Below, piece by piece: positions 41,632 through 52,147 of a DNA stretch of 64,000 bases. Each line of letters starts with the position of its first letter. Within the stretch, counting starts at the first letter, position 1. The notes beneath the pieces are model-generated. The model was not told the origin of the DNA, ran no database searches, and saw only the letters and a program-made list of their open reading frames with translations. The stretch lies in NCBI GenBank assembly GCA_965237955.1, contig OZ250169.1, positions 1,280,001 through 1,344,000 of the forward strand. The letters run 5' to 3'. The position numbers and the translations under genes were made by a program. The DNA is from Candidatus Marinacidobacterales bacterium (lineage in GTDB: Bacteria; Acidobacteriota; Vicinamibacteria; Marinacidobacterales; SMYC01).

Positions 41632-42996
41632 ATGGTCAAACCGCGCATTCTCGTCGTGGATGACGAAGAGCCCATCCGAAAAACCCTGCGGATGACCCTC
41701 GAGTACGAGGGTTACGAAGTCACCGAAGCGTCCTCCGGTAACGAGGCGCTCGAGAAGATCGAGCACGAGCCATGCGAGCTCGTCTTTCTGGATATCAAGA
41801 TGCCCGGCATGGACGGGCTCGAGGTGTTGGAGGAGCTCCGCGAGCGCACCACCGCGCCTCAGGTGGTGATGATCAGCGGCCACGGCAACGTCGAGACCGC
41901 GGTGCAAGCGACGAAGCTCGGTGCGTTCGACTTCATCGAAAAACCGCTCGAGACCGAACGCGTTCTGCTCGCGGTGAGAAACGCACTAGAGCGCAAGGAG
42001 CTTCAAGAGGAAGTCGGCCGGCTGCGGGTCCGCTTCGAGCGCCGCTACCAGATGGTCGGCACCTCGGACCCGATCGACGGCGTTCGAGAATCGATCGCCC
42101 GCTCCGCGCCCACCAACGCGACCGTTCTCATCAGCGGCGAGTCGGGGACGGGGAAAGAGCTCGTCGCCCGCGCGATCCATGGCAACAGCAACCGATCCCG
42201 CGGTCCATTCGTCCAAGTGAACTGCGCCGCGATCCCGGAAGACCTCATCGAGAGCGAGCTCTTCGGGCACGAGAAAGGCTCGTTCACCGGCGCCACCAAC
42301 AAGCAAATCGGCAAGTTCGAGCAAGCGGATCGCGGCACGATCTTCCTCGACGAGATCGGTGACATGAGCGCGCGCACCCAAGCCAAGGTGCTCCGGGTGC
42401 TGCAAGAAGGTGAAGTCGAGCGCGTCGGCTCGCAGCAGACGATCAAAGTCGACGTGCGCGTCATCGCAGCGACCAACAAGGATCTCAAAAACGAGATCGA
42501 GGAAGGAACGTTTCGCGAAGATCTGTACTTCCGTCTCTCCGTGATCCCAATCCGCACGCCCCCCTTGCGCGAGCGCCGCGATGATATCGAAGCCCTCGTC
42601 GAGCACTTCGTCGCGAGCTTCGCCGCGGAAGACAATCTGCGGAAGAAGCATTTTTCACCTCCAGCGATGGAGCGATTGATCCAACACAGCTGGCGAGGGA
42701 ACGTCCGCGAGCTTCGTAATACCATCGAGCGCGTCCTCATCATGGCGCCGGGCGATAACATCGACGTCGCCGATCTTCCGGACAGCATCCGATTCTCCCA
42801 GGAACAGCCGGCCTCTCAAACCGAAGCGAGCACGCTCAAAGAGTTCAAAGAAACGAGCGAGCGCGCCTTTCTCGTGCAAAAGCTCCGCGACAACGGCTGG
42901 AATATCTCGCAGACCGCCCAGGTCATCGGCACCCCCCGAAGCAACCTCTACAAGAAGCTCGAGCAGTACAAGATCAGCCAAGAATCCGACGGGTAG
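41632..42996 (+). CDS. sigma54-dependent response regulator (NtrC/NtrX family)
   Basis: REC domain, GESGTGKE, GSFTGA, FLDEIG, WRGNVREL, Fis-type HTH. Confidence 0.95.
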   Translation: MVKPRILVVDDEEPIRKTLRMTLEYEGYEVTEASSGNEALEKIEHEPCELVFLDIKMPGMDGLEVLEELRERTTAPQVVMISGHGNVETAVQATKLGAFDFIEKPLETERVLLAVRNALERKELQEEVGRLRVRFERRYQMVGTSDPIDGVRESIARSAPTNATVLISGESGTGKELVARAIHGNSNRSRGPFVQVNCAAIPEDLIESELFGHEKGSFTGATNKQIGKFEQADRGTIFLDEIGDMSARTQAKVLRVLQEGEVERVGSQQTIKVDVRVIAATNKDLKNEIEEGTFREDLYFRLSVIPIRTPPLRERRDDIEALVEHFVASFAAEDNLRKKHFSPPAMERLIQHSWRGNVRELRNTIERVLIMAPGDNIDVADLPDSIRFSQEQPASQTEASTLKEFKETSERAFLVQKLRDNGWNISQTAQVIGTPRSNLYKKLEQYKISQESDG

Positions 42997-43115
42997 CTTC
43001 TCCGTAGGGAGGTTGGGTCCCGGATCGCGTCTACATCTGTAAGACCCATTGGCTATTCCAATTTCTGGTTATCCTCTATGGTAGAATTATGGTATACTTC
43101 TTCAAACAGAACGCC

Positions 43116-43388
43116 GTGGCTATCAATATCAAGAATCGCGAAGTCGAGCGACTCGTCTCGGAGGTTGCCGAGCTAACGGGAGAGTCCAAGACCGAGGCAG
43201 TGCGGAAAGCGTTAGCGGAACGCAAAGAACGTTTGAAACTTCAGGTCGCCAGCGAGAATCGTGGTGCAAGGCTGCGCCGCTTCCTCGAGGAAGAATTGTG
43301 GCCGACCGTGCCGGCGGATGAGCTCGGTCGCACGCTCACGCGGGCTGAGGAAGAAGCCATTCTAGGCTACGGCGACGAGGGCGTATGA
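43116..43388 (+). CDS. vapB: VapB-type antitoxin (Rv0623-like)
   Basis: AINIKN.EVERL..E.A.LTGESKTEAVR.AL…ILGY. Confidence 0.85.
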   Translation: MAINIKNREVERLVSEVAELTGESKTEAVRKALAERKERLKLQVASENRGARLRRFLEEELWPTVPADELGRTLTRAEEEAILGYGDEGV

Positions 43389-43771
43389 TCCTCGATAGCT
43401 CGGCGGTCGTGGCCATCCTGCTCAAGGAACCAAACTCCGACAAGCTCGTCGACAAGCTGTTACGGGGATCCGTCGTAGGAATCGGTAGCCCGACGCTGAC
43501 GGAATCGGCGATTGTGCTATCGGCACGCTTGCGATCCGATGCGCGCGGCAAACTTGCGCGCTTCGTTTCAGAAGCATCTGTGGCCGTCGTTCCTTTCAGC
43601 GACGCGCACTACAGTACCGCCGTCGACGCCTGGCTTCGCTTTGGCAAGGGTCGCCATCCAGCGAGTCTCAATTTCGGAGACTGTCTTTCGTATGCGACGG
43701 CGAAAGTTTCCGGGCGAGCGCTCTTGTGCACCGGAGGCGACTTCGTGAAGACGGATTTGGAGCTCGCATAG
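43385..43771 (+). CDS. vapC: VapC PIN-domain toxin
   Basis: MILDSSAVVAIL..EP, FGKGRHPA.LNFGDC.SYA, GGDF..TD. Confidence 0.92.
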   Translation: MILDSSAVVAILLKEPNSDKLVDKLLRGSVVGIGSPTLTESAIVLSARLRSDARGKLARFVSEASVAVVPFSDAHYSTAVDAWLRFGKGRHPASLNFGDCLSYATAKVSGRALLCTGGDFVKTDLELA

Positions 43772-44067
43772 GGCCTTTTGGCTCGACCCCTCGTAGTCGA
43801 GGAGCCCAGCTCAGGCTTCCCGCCTCGTGACAGTTGCGGTGGATAGCACAGACGACTTTTCGAAATCCCTGCGGCATACTGAATTCATCACAAGAAAAGA
43901 ATCCAGTTAGGCGCTTCCACCGTCAACAGAGGCGCGGTCGGTGCGGATGCGCATCGATTCACGCACTCCCGTTGCAACCCGCGGAAGCGCTCGATGACCC
44001 CAGCAGAACGGATTCGGTCTCCTCCGGTTGCTGGGATATCGCAAGGAGTCCGTTCGGAGGTGCTCGC

Positions 44068-45594
44068 ATGCGGCGACTGGCCGCTCTATTGGTTGCAATC
44101 GTCCTCGGTTGCGCGTTGCCCGCAGAGCTGCGCGCTCAGGCAGTTCAAAACATCGTGCTCCGGAACTCGTTCAGCCCCATCGGCGCCGGGGCGCGGGGCG
44201 TCGGGATGGGCGGGGCGTTCATTGCCGTCGCGGACGACGGGACCGCGGCGACGTTCAACCCCGCTGGGCTGGCGCAACTACGGCGTGCCGAGCTCGCACT
44301 GGTCGGGTTCGGCTCGGAGCTCAGCTCGACAGTCCAAGGCTCCGGTCTCATCGAAGGTGATTCGAGTTTGGCGTCTCACGGGGCGATTGATTTCGTCGGG
44401 CTCGCCATCCCGTTCGACGTGAGCGGCAGGCGCCTGACGTTTCAGCTCGCCTACCAACGCGCGGTCGATCTTTTCGGCCATGGTCGAGCCGTGCTAATAG
44501 ACGAGCTCCCGCTCACCGAGCTCGGGGTCGACGACCCCGGAAGCGTGGGAGTGTCGGTAAGCGTTGTACCGACACAGCGAGGAGCCCTACACAACGTAAG
44601 CGCCAGCGCTGCGTTCCAGGTCACCGAGAAGCTCTATCTCGGAACCGCATTCAACTACTGGATGGGAGACTGGAGGGCGAGTGGGACGCGCGACACGATC
44701 CTCTTCGAGCGGTCGGCGTCCGGACCGCGCTCGTCTGCGGCGCCCAAGGACTCCGAGCTAGCGCGGATTCAGACGCAGTTCGAGCAGGTTCAGCGCCTTC
44801 GTGGCTTCAACGTGAACCTGGGTTTTCTCCTCAAGTACGAGCGCCTGAGTGTGGGCGGTGTTCTCAGGCTTCCGTTCAGCGGTGATTACCGCCTCGACGA
44901 GTTCGATCGCTCCGTGTTCTTCGATCCGAGCGGACAGAGCTCGGCTCCGGATATCCAGAGCTTCGGCGTTACCAGCCGGCTCGATTGGCCACGCGGCGGT
45001 GGGCTCGGTGTGGCGTTCCGGCCTTTTAGTGGTTTGACCCTCGCTACCGATATCTCAACGACGCTCTGGTCGCGGGCCTCCATCGAGCAGCTTCCGGATG
45101 GCGCGCTCCTGACAGACGCGCCTACCGACGCCCAGGGCAACTTGGCCGGAGGTTTCACCGATCGCAACTTCTTCGATCTGCTGCCGAAAACGGTGACGTC
45201 GACGTCGGACTCCAGCCAGTGGCGCGCGCGCGCCGAGTACCTCGTCGCATTCTCGGGCGTGGTCATCCCTGTGCGCGCCGGAGTTTTCCGTACGACGTCC
45301 CCGTTCGCGGATGCGATCGAGGGAGGCTCCAGCACCATTCGCGGCTTTACCGCCGGTACCGGCATCAACTTCAGCCGTTTCGTGTTCGACATCGCGTTCG
45401 AGCGAAGTGAGAGCGACGTCGCCCTTGGGCTGCGCCGACTGAACCGATCTGAGGCGGTCCAGAATCCAACGGAGACCGTGGCCGTGGATCGCGTGGTCGC
45501 GTCCGTCATTTTCCGCTTCGACAACGACGGCGCGATGGCGACGTTTTTCCGCGGGCTCTTCGCGGGCAATGACGCCGAGGGCGGCTTGGAGTAG
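44068..45594 (+). CDS. Outer-membrane beta-barrel (FadL/TodX-like)
   Basis: Signal peptide; GAGARG.GMGGAF.AVADD.TA..FNPAGL plug motif; amphipathic beta strands. Confidence 0.8.
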   Translation: MRRLAALLVAIVLGCALPAELRAQAVQNIVLRNSFSPIGAGARGVGMGGAFIAVADDGTAATFNPAGLAQLRRAELALVGFGSELSSTVQGSGLIEGDSSLASHGAIDFVGLAIPFDVSGRRLTFQLAYQRAVDLFGHGRAVLIDELPLTELGVDDPGSVGVSVSVVPTQRGALHNVSASAAFQVTEKLYLGTAFNYWMGDWRASGTRDTILFERSASGPRSSAAPKDSELARIQTQFEQVQRLRGFNVNLGFLLKYERLSVGGVLRLPFSGDYRLDEFDRSVFFDPSGQSSAPDIQSFGVTSRLDWPRGGGLGVAFRPFSGLTLATDISTTLWSRASIEQLPDGALLTDAPTDAQGNLAGGFTDRNFFDLLPKTVTSTSDSSQWRARAEYLVAFSGVVIPVRAGVFRTTSPFADAIEGGSSTIRGFTAGTGINFSRFVFDIAFERSESDVALGLRRLNRSEAVQNPTETVAVDRVVASVIFRFDNDGAMATFFRGLFAGNDAEGGLE

Positions 45595-45601
45595 CCCAAG
45601 C

Positions 45602-47673
45602 GTGAGGCAAGCACGTCGCGCATGGCGGGGTCTTGGCGTTGTGTGCGTGCTTCTGTCATTGCCGGCAACGGCCGCCGCGGAATGGTTCGATGACTACGAG
45701 CGCGGCGTGGAAGCGCTCGCGAGAGGCAAACCGGAACAGGCCGTCCAGTTTCTGGAGAAGGCGATTCGGAAGCGACCCGAGCCGGGATCGAATCTCATCA
45801 CCTACGGCACCAACCGCCTGGAGGAGTACTTCCCTTATCTGAAACTGGCCAAGGCCCATCTAGACTCCGGTCACCTCGACGCGGCCGGCGCGGCCCTCGA
45901 GCGCTCGAACGCAAGCGGGAAAGAACCTGCGGATGCGCGGGCTCGCCTGGAAGCGCGCTGGCGCGACGCCGTGAGAGCCGACGAAGCCCGGCACCGGAAG
46001 GTCGCTCCACCGCCGTCTCCTTCACCAGTACCCCTCGAGCCTCCGAAGCCGACGACGACCGTCGCGCCGGTTCCAGCGCGCCCCGCTCGGGCCCGCTCGA
46101 CCGAAGACGGGCACGCTCGTCGTGCGCAGCGAGCCTGAAAGCGGTGCGAGCGTTCTGGCGAACGGCCGTTTTCTAGGGCTCACCCCGCTGAGCGTCCAGC
46201 TCGATGCCGGCGAGTACGAGATCACCGTGCGCAAGGAAGGCATTCCGCCCGAGCATGTCTCCGTGCAGGTGAAACGGGGGGAGACAAATGTAGTCAACAT
46301 TCGTTTAGTCGAGCCGCCGCCCGCGCCGCGTCCGGAGCGCCGTCTACCGAAACCGCCGCCGAAACCCGTACTAGAGCCGCCGTCTCTTCTCGTCGTCTCC
46401 GATCCGCCGGGCACGTCGGTGTATCTCGACGACGAGCTCATTGGAAGCACGGATCCGGAAACGGGGCGGCTGATGAAAAGCGGCGTTGTTGTCGGCTCGC
46501 ACCGCATCCGACTATCGCGCGCCGGTTATGCGGAAATCGTCGGCGATATCGAAATCGAGCCAGGTGGAGAGACGTTGTACACGGGCACCCTTTCCGAGGT
46601 CATTCCGGAAGTGGCCACGCCGGTCGAGGCCACGCCGAGGGCGGTCGACGCCCCCGCGGCGCCCGAAGAAATTGCGGAGATATCGGGCCGCGATTGGCTC
46701 GTTGCGAGCATGGCATTCAGCCTGGCCGCGCTCCTGCTCGTCGTTCGCCGGTGGCGGCGAGCTCCGGATCAGAACCTCCTGACGTTGACCGCCGGAGCAC
46801 CGGTGGAGCGCCCGCGCGGCGAGGAGCTTGCCCCGACACAGACGAAAGTTGCCGCGGACACGACTGAGGGCTCTCGCTTCGGGGAGTTTCGGCTCATCAA
46901 GCGTCTGGGTCGAGGCGGCATGGCAGTGGTGTACCTCGCGGAACGTAACGGAGAGCGCTGCGCGCTGAAAAAACCCTTGAGCGCGCTTCTCGGGGACGAC
47001 GAGTTTCGCGAGCGCTTTCTCCGGGAGGCCGATATCGGGCGCACGCTCCACCACCCGAACATCATCCGAATCTTCGGGCGCGGCGAAGTCAACGGTGTCC
47101 CGTACTTCACCATGGAGCTTGTCGAAGGAGGCACGCTTCGAGAAAAGCTACGGAACCGAGAGCTTTCCGAGCCTCGAGATGCGGCAGCCGTCGTCCTCCA
47201 AATTGCGGAAGCGCTCGACTATGCCCACTTGAAGGGCGTCGTTCATCGGGATCTGAAACCCTCCAACATCATGATCCTCGACAGCGGCACCGTCAAGGTA
47301 ATGGATTACGGGATCGCCCGCGCCCAGCGCTTCGAAGGCCTGACCGCGACCGGCGCCTTTTTGGGCACGCCGAACTACGTCGCCCCCGAGACCGCCGAGG
47401 GCAAGAGTACCGACGCCCGCGGCGATCTCTACTCACTCGGCATCATCTTCTACGAGATGATGACCGGTCAGAGACCGTTCGATGCAGACAACCCGCTCGT
47501 CACGCTCAAAAAGCACTGCAGCGAGCCTCCCACGCCGCCGTCGTTGATCGCACCGACGGAGGCGGCTGGAAGGTATCATCCTCAAACTCCTCGCCAAGTC
47601 GCCGGACGACCGCTATCCCGATGCGGAGCACCTGTTGGTGGATCTCCGCGATTTCTCGAACAAGGCCCCGTAG
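45602..47673 (+). CDS. TPR-PEGA-TM-Ser/Thr kinase (frameshifts ~46095, ~47560)
   Basis: Signal peptide, TPR-like helices, two PEGA repeats (S.P.G..V..D/NG), TM segment, GRGGMA.VY, HRDLKPSN, DYG, GTPNY.APE. Confidence 0.82.
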
Positions 47674-47749
47674 ATCGGTAGAGGCACCGACGTGCCACGC
47701 AGTGAAAGGGCACCGCGCTCGCGGCTGCGCCCGTGAGTTACGATGGCGG

Positions 47750-48743
47750 ATGGTCGAGTTCGAAGGACTGACGCCGAACGAGCTTGCCGACATCGTCGGC
47801 GGTACCGGGAGGGCGCGCATCGTTTGGAACGCCCTCGTGCGTGGCGACGATCCTTTCGAAAGACGCAGATCTTTCGGATTCTCTTCGAGCTCGTCTTCGT
47901 GGGCAGACTCGGCGCGCTCATCTGGTCGTCGAACGCCGTCACGTCGCACGGTGCGGGACGACGAAGCTGCGTCTGGGTCTCGTCGACGGCAAGCGCATCG
48001 AAACGGTGCTGATTCCATCGGAACGCAGGACGACGGTCTGCGTTTCCACTCAGGCCGGCTGCGCGCGGGGGTGCATCTTCTGTCTCACGGCGACGATGGG
48101 CCTCGAGAGAGGGCTAACGCCTGCTGAGATCGTCGGTCAAGTGACCGGCGCGATTCGCGAGGCGCGTCAGCGAGGCCTGCCGCCGGTTCGCAATGTCGTC
48201 TATATGGGGATGGGCGAGCCCTTGGACAATCTGGAGGCGGTCGAGAACAGCATCGCTGTTTTGTGCTCGCCACGAGCTCTCGGGCTCGGGCCGGCGCACA
48301 TCACGCTCTCCACCGTCGGGACGACGCCGGAAGCGATCCTGGCGACGCGCGATCTTCCCGTTCAGATGGCGTGGTCGCTTCACGCGTGCGATGACGGATT
48401 GCGACGGAAGCTCATTCCGACGGCGCGGCATTCGACGGTGGAGTTGCGGCGAGCGTTCATCGAGCGGGGATCGAGCCTGTTCGTGGAGATAACCTTGATG
48501 GAGGGCGTCAATGACGAGCCTCATCACGCGGACGAACTGGTGGAGTTCTTGAAACCGTTCCCGGCGCCGGTGCGGGTGAACCTCCTGCCGATGAACGCGG
48601 GACGCGAAGGGCTCGAGCCGAGCTCCGAGCCGCGCGCGATCGCGTTTCGCCAACGCGTGCGCGAGCACGGTTTTTTCTGCGCGATCCGTCGTCCGCGCGG
48701 TCTCGATGCGAGCGCCGCGTGCTGGCAACTCGCCGTCGGCTGA
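47750..48743 (+). CDS. rlmN: RlmN-family radical SAM RNA methyltransferase (frameshift ~47860)
   Basis: IETVLIP, CVSTQAGCARGCIFC, MGMGEP, VNL.P.N, AAC.QL. Confidence 0.85.
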
Positions 48744-48764
48744 CCTATAATAATGAGGCCTGTT

Positions 48765-49158
48765 CGAGCCGACCAGATGATCGCTGGCTTTCTTCGGAAA
48801 GCGAGAGGAAAGTCCGAACTCCACAGGGCAGTGTGCTGGCTAACGACCAGTCCGGGTGACCGGAAGGAAAGTGCCACAGAAAATACACCGCCTCTTTTTC
48901 AGCCTTGGTTCAGCCTCGGTTGGGGAAGCGGTAAGGGTGAAAAGGTGCGGTAAGAGCGCACCGCTCCGGTGGTGACACCGGAGGCAGGGTAAACCCCACA
49001 CGGAGCAAGACCAAATAGGGGAGCGTTCGAGGGTGGCCCGCCTGAAGCTCCCGGGTAGGTCGCTGGACCGGGCGAGCAATCGCTCGGCTAGATAAATGAT
49101 CGTCGCTTCTTCGAGGGTGACCGAGAAGAAGAACAAAATTCGGCTTACGGTCGGCTCG
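48765..49158 (+). ncRNA. rnpB: RNase P RNA (type A)
   Basis: GAGGAAAGTCCGAACT, GAAAGTGCCACAGAAA, GGTAAACCCC..GGAGCAAG, AACAAAATTCGGCTTA; P1 pairs the ends; TATAAT at 48746. Confidence 0.97.
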
Positions 49159-49169
49159 GACAGGTTTTT

Positions 49170-49348
49170 CAGCATCCAGCATTCAGCATCCAGTTCAAAC
49201 CAGACGGAGCCGGCAAGTAAGGCTTCGTCTCCTTGCCGGTGTGGCGACCGGCTGGAGGGCGGTGGAGACGACGCTCTACTTACTGGCAGGGCTCGAAGTG
49301 AGCTGGATGCTGAATGCTGGATGCTGAATGCTGAATGCTGAATGCTGA
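49170..49348. repeat. Inverted heptamer tandem arrays (CAGCATY / GCTGRAT) closing a long hairpin
   Basis: 3 units at 49170-49192 and ~6 complementary units at 49302-49348; a third array at ~53481-53503. Confidence 0.8.
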
Positions 49349-49357
49349 GCCCCGTGT

Positions 49358-51037
49358 TCACTCCTTCTTCAGCCCAAAAAACCTCTTGAAGCCACCGAGA
49401 TTGCTCGATTCCTTCTTCGTGCCGAGTTTTTTCTGTACTTCTTCGTTCTCGGGGGCGTACGTTGCTGCTTGCTCGTACATCTTCTGGGCGCGCGTCGTCA
49501 TGCCTTTGTCCTCGTAGATTTGCCCGAGGCCCAAAGCACATTCGGCGTCGAATTGGTCCATCTTGAGCGCGGCGCGGAAATGCTCTTCCGCTTCTTTGGC
49601 CCACAGCGGGTTCTTCATGAGGGCCTGGGCGAGGAGTTTGTGGTACTGCTTTTTGGGGTAGAGCCGTACCGCATCTCGCGAGCTTTGGATCGCGTCGAAG
49701 AAATGCATCTCGTCGAAGTGGTGTTTGCCGTCGGCATAACGCTCCTCGGCTTGACGCTTCAACGCGGCTTCGGACGCTTGCTCCGCTTTTTGGGCCGTTT
49801 GCGCGTCACCGGCGGAGGCGGAGGCGTCGGCGCTGTCTCCATGCTTCACGGTCTGGTCGTAGCGATGCCGGTCCGCGGTCGACGACAGCGTTTGGTAGGC
49901 GTGGGTGATCTTGCTGAAGAGCTCCTCCAGCAAACCGTGCACGTCGCGTAAGTGCGGAGAGTGATGGCGATCAGGGTGGTACTTCTTCGCCATCGCGTAG
50001 TACGCCTTTTTGATCTCGTCCTCGTTGGCGGTGATCGTAATGTCCAGCAAATCGTAGAAGTTCGCATCGCTGAGCGAGGCGTGCTTTTGGGAGATCTCGT
50101 CTCGAACGGCGATTTCCTCTGGGCTCGGGCCGAGCTCCGGAGGCACCTCGGCCTTCGTAGGCGGGGCGGACGGCGGTGGCTTGGTCGGGCTGGCAGCGGG
50201 CCTCGATGCTTCGGCCGGTTTCGCTCTTGGTGGATCCGGTTTCGGGGGTGGCGGGGGTGGCTCTGGTCTCGGAGGTGGCGGCGACGGCCTCGGAGCTGCC
50301 CCAGCATTCCCGCTCGCGGATTCGGTGCGAGCTCCACCCTTGAGCACGAGGACGCCGGCAGACACCAGGCCGTAGATACATCGAAGCGTCTCGTCCTCGT
50401 CCAGGGGCGAGACCGCAAAGATATCATCCAGGGAGCTCATCCCGTCCACGCGGGATAAAATGAAATACTCCGACTGACTGAGCGTTGTCATTTTCTGATA
50501 GAGCAACAGCGGATCCTCGTTCTGCTCCAGGATTCCGCTGGAATCGCCCAACGCCCGCCGCACCTTGTCCATATCCTCGAGCCGGCGCGTCCCCTCGAGG
50601 ATGATGTCGGCCGTGGACAGATTCAAAACGATGTCTTCGTCGACGGGATTCTCGTGCTGCTCGAACCGGTAGTCGCCCTCGTCCCAGTCGAAGAGCGAGT
50701 AAATGATCGCCTGGATTTGTTCGACGAACTTTTGCTCCATTTCCTCCGCCGTGCAATGCCCGAGTTCGACGACGGTCCTACCGAAACGGTGGCCCGTTTC
50801 CTTCATGGTCTCGGCAGTTTTCTCGAACGCGTCGCGATCGATCACACCTTGTCGAATCAAGAACTCCCCGAGGCGATCGGACTCGACGTCCGAGTTGGCG
50901 AAAATCATGGAGCCCTTGCGGAAGTAAATCCGTTTGCTCGTTTTTGCTTGCGCTAGGTGGACGATCCCGCTACGCCGGTCCACGTAGAGGGTGCGGATCA
51001 CGTCCGCGAGGGTCTCGCGCGAAAGGTCGCCCTGCAA
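49358..51037 (-). CDS. DUF4388 + DnaJ + TPR protein
   Basis: GDL…RSG…IYFRKG…RLGEFL…LFDWDEG.Y.F; Pro-rich linker; J domain KKYHPD; C-terminal TPR-like helices. Confidence 0.88.
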   Translation of the reverse strand: MQGDLSRETLADVIRTLYVDRRSGIVHLAQAKTSKRIYFRKGSMIFANSDVESDRLGEFLIRQGVIDRDAFEKTAETMKETGHRFGRTVVELGHCTAEEMEQKFVEQIQAIIYSLFDWDEGDYRFEQHENPVDEDIVLNLSTADIILEGTRRLEDMDKVRRALGDSSGILEQNEDPLLLYQKMTTLSQSEYFILSRVDGMSSLDDIFAVSPLDEDETLRCIYGLVSAGVLVLKGGARTESASGNAGAAPRPSPPPPRPEPPPPPPKPDPPRAKPAEASRPAASPTKPPPSAPPTKAEVPPELGPSPEEIAVRDEISQKHASLSDANFYDLLDITITANEDEIKKAYYAMAKKYHPDRHHSPHLRDVHGLLEELFSKITHAYQTLSSTADRHRYDQTVKHGDSADASASAGDAQTAQKAEQASEAALKRQAEERYADGKHHFDEMHFFDAIQSSRDAVRLYPKKQYHKLLAQALMKNPLWAKEAEEHFRAALKMDQFDAECALGLGQIYEDKGMTTRAQKMYEQAATYAPENEEVQKKLGTKKESSNLGGFKRFFGLKKE

Positions 51038-51201
51038 TCGAGATGCTCCGGAGTCGGTGATAGTGTCCGAGTTTGAAGTGAACGGCTAACTCTTGGGATC
51101 GCAGCATATTCTGGGGCCCGACCGCGACCGGCTGCCGGTTGACGAGGATCGGTCAACCTCCATAAACTGGTTCAAATGCTGTACTTCTGGGGAATGAACG
51201 C

Positions 51202-52146
51202 TTGAGTTTGTATCTGGTCACGGGCGGAGCCGGCTTCGTCGGCTCCTATCTCGTTCGCTTTCTGTTGGATAAGGGGGAGAGCGTTCGCGTTCTCGACAAC
51301 TTCTCGACGGGGAAGCGGGAGAACCTCGAGGAGGTCACGACCAAAATCGGGCTTGTCGAAGGAGACCTCAACGATCGCCAGGCGGTGTCACAGGCCGTCG
51401 GCGGGGTGGACTTCGTCTTCCACGAAGCGGCGATCCCGTCGGTGCCGCGCTCGGTGGAAAAGCCCATGGAGTCGCACGAGGCGAACGCGTCGGGTAGTTT
51501 GGTCTTGCTCCAGGAGGCCCGGGAGGCAGGCGTGCGCCGGCTGGTGTACGCTTCCTCGTCTTCGGTCTATGGCGCCAACCCAGAGCTTCCGAAACTCGAG
51601 ACAATGCGCACCGAGCCCCTGTCGCCGTACGCGGTGGCGAAGCTCGCCGCGGAGCACTACTGCTTGGTGTTCCATAACCTCTACGGTCTCGAGACGGTCG
51701 CGCTCCGATATTTCAACGTTTTCGGTCCTCGTCAGGACCCGAACTCACCTTACTCGGGCGTGGTGAGCCGTTTTATCGACGCCATCGTGTCGAACACACC
51801 GCCTGTGATCCACGGCGACGGCGAGCAGACGCGCGACTTCACCTATGTCGACAACGTCGCGCAGGCCAACTTCGCCGCGTGCCACGAAGCGGCCGCCGGC
51901 GGCGGCGTCTATAACATCGGCTGTCAGACGCGGATTTCCGTGAACGAGCTCTGGAACACGATGGCCGAGCTCACCGGCTCTCATCTCGAGCCGAAACGAG
52001 AGCCTGCGCGAACCGGTGACGTACCCCACTCACTCGCGGACATTGCGGCCGCACGGCAAGACCTCGGTTTCGATCCGCGCATCGGAATTCGCGAAGGTCT
52101 GGAGCGAACCCTGAGCTTCTATATCCCTTCGAGCGCGAGCAACTAG
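51202..52146 (+). CDS. NAD-dependent nucleotide-sugar epimerase (WbpP/GalE-like)
   Basis: TGGAGFVG, ASSSSVYG, YAVAK, RYFNVFGPRQDP, RDFTYV. Confidence 0.92.
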   Translation: MSLYLVTGGAGFVGSYLVRFLLDKGESVRVLDNFSTGKRENLEEVTTKIGLVEGDLNDRQAVSQAVGGVDFVFHEAAIPSVPRSVEKPMESHEANASGSLVLLQEAREAGVRRLVYASSSSVYGANPELPKLETMRTEPLSPYAVAKLAAEHYCLVFHNLYGLETVALRYFNVFGPRQDPNSPYSGVVSRFIDAIVSNTPPVIHGDGEQTRDFTYVDNVAQANFAACHEAAAGGGVYNIGCQTRISVNELWNTMAELTGSHLEPKREPARTGDVPHSLADIAAARQDLGFDPRIGIREGLERTLSFYIPSSASN

Positions 52147-52147
52147 G

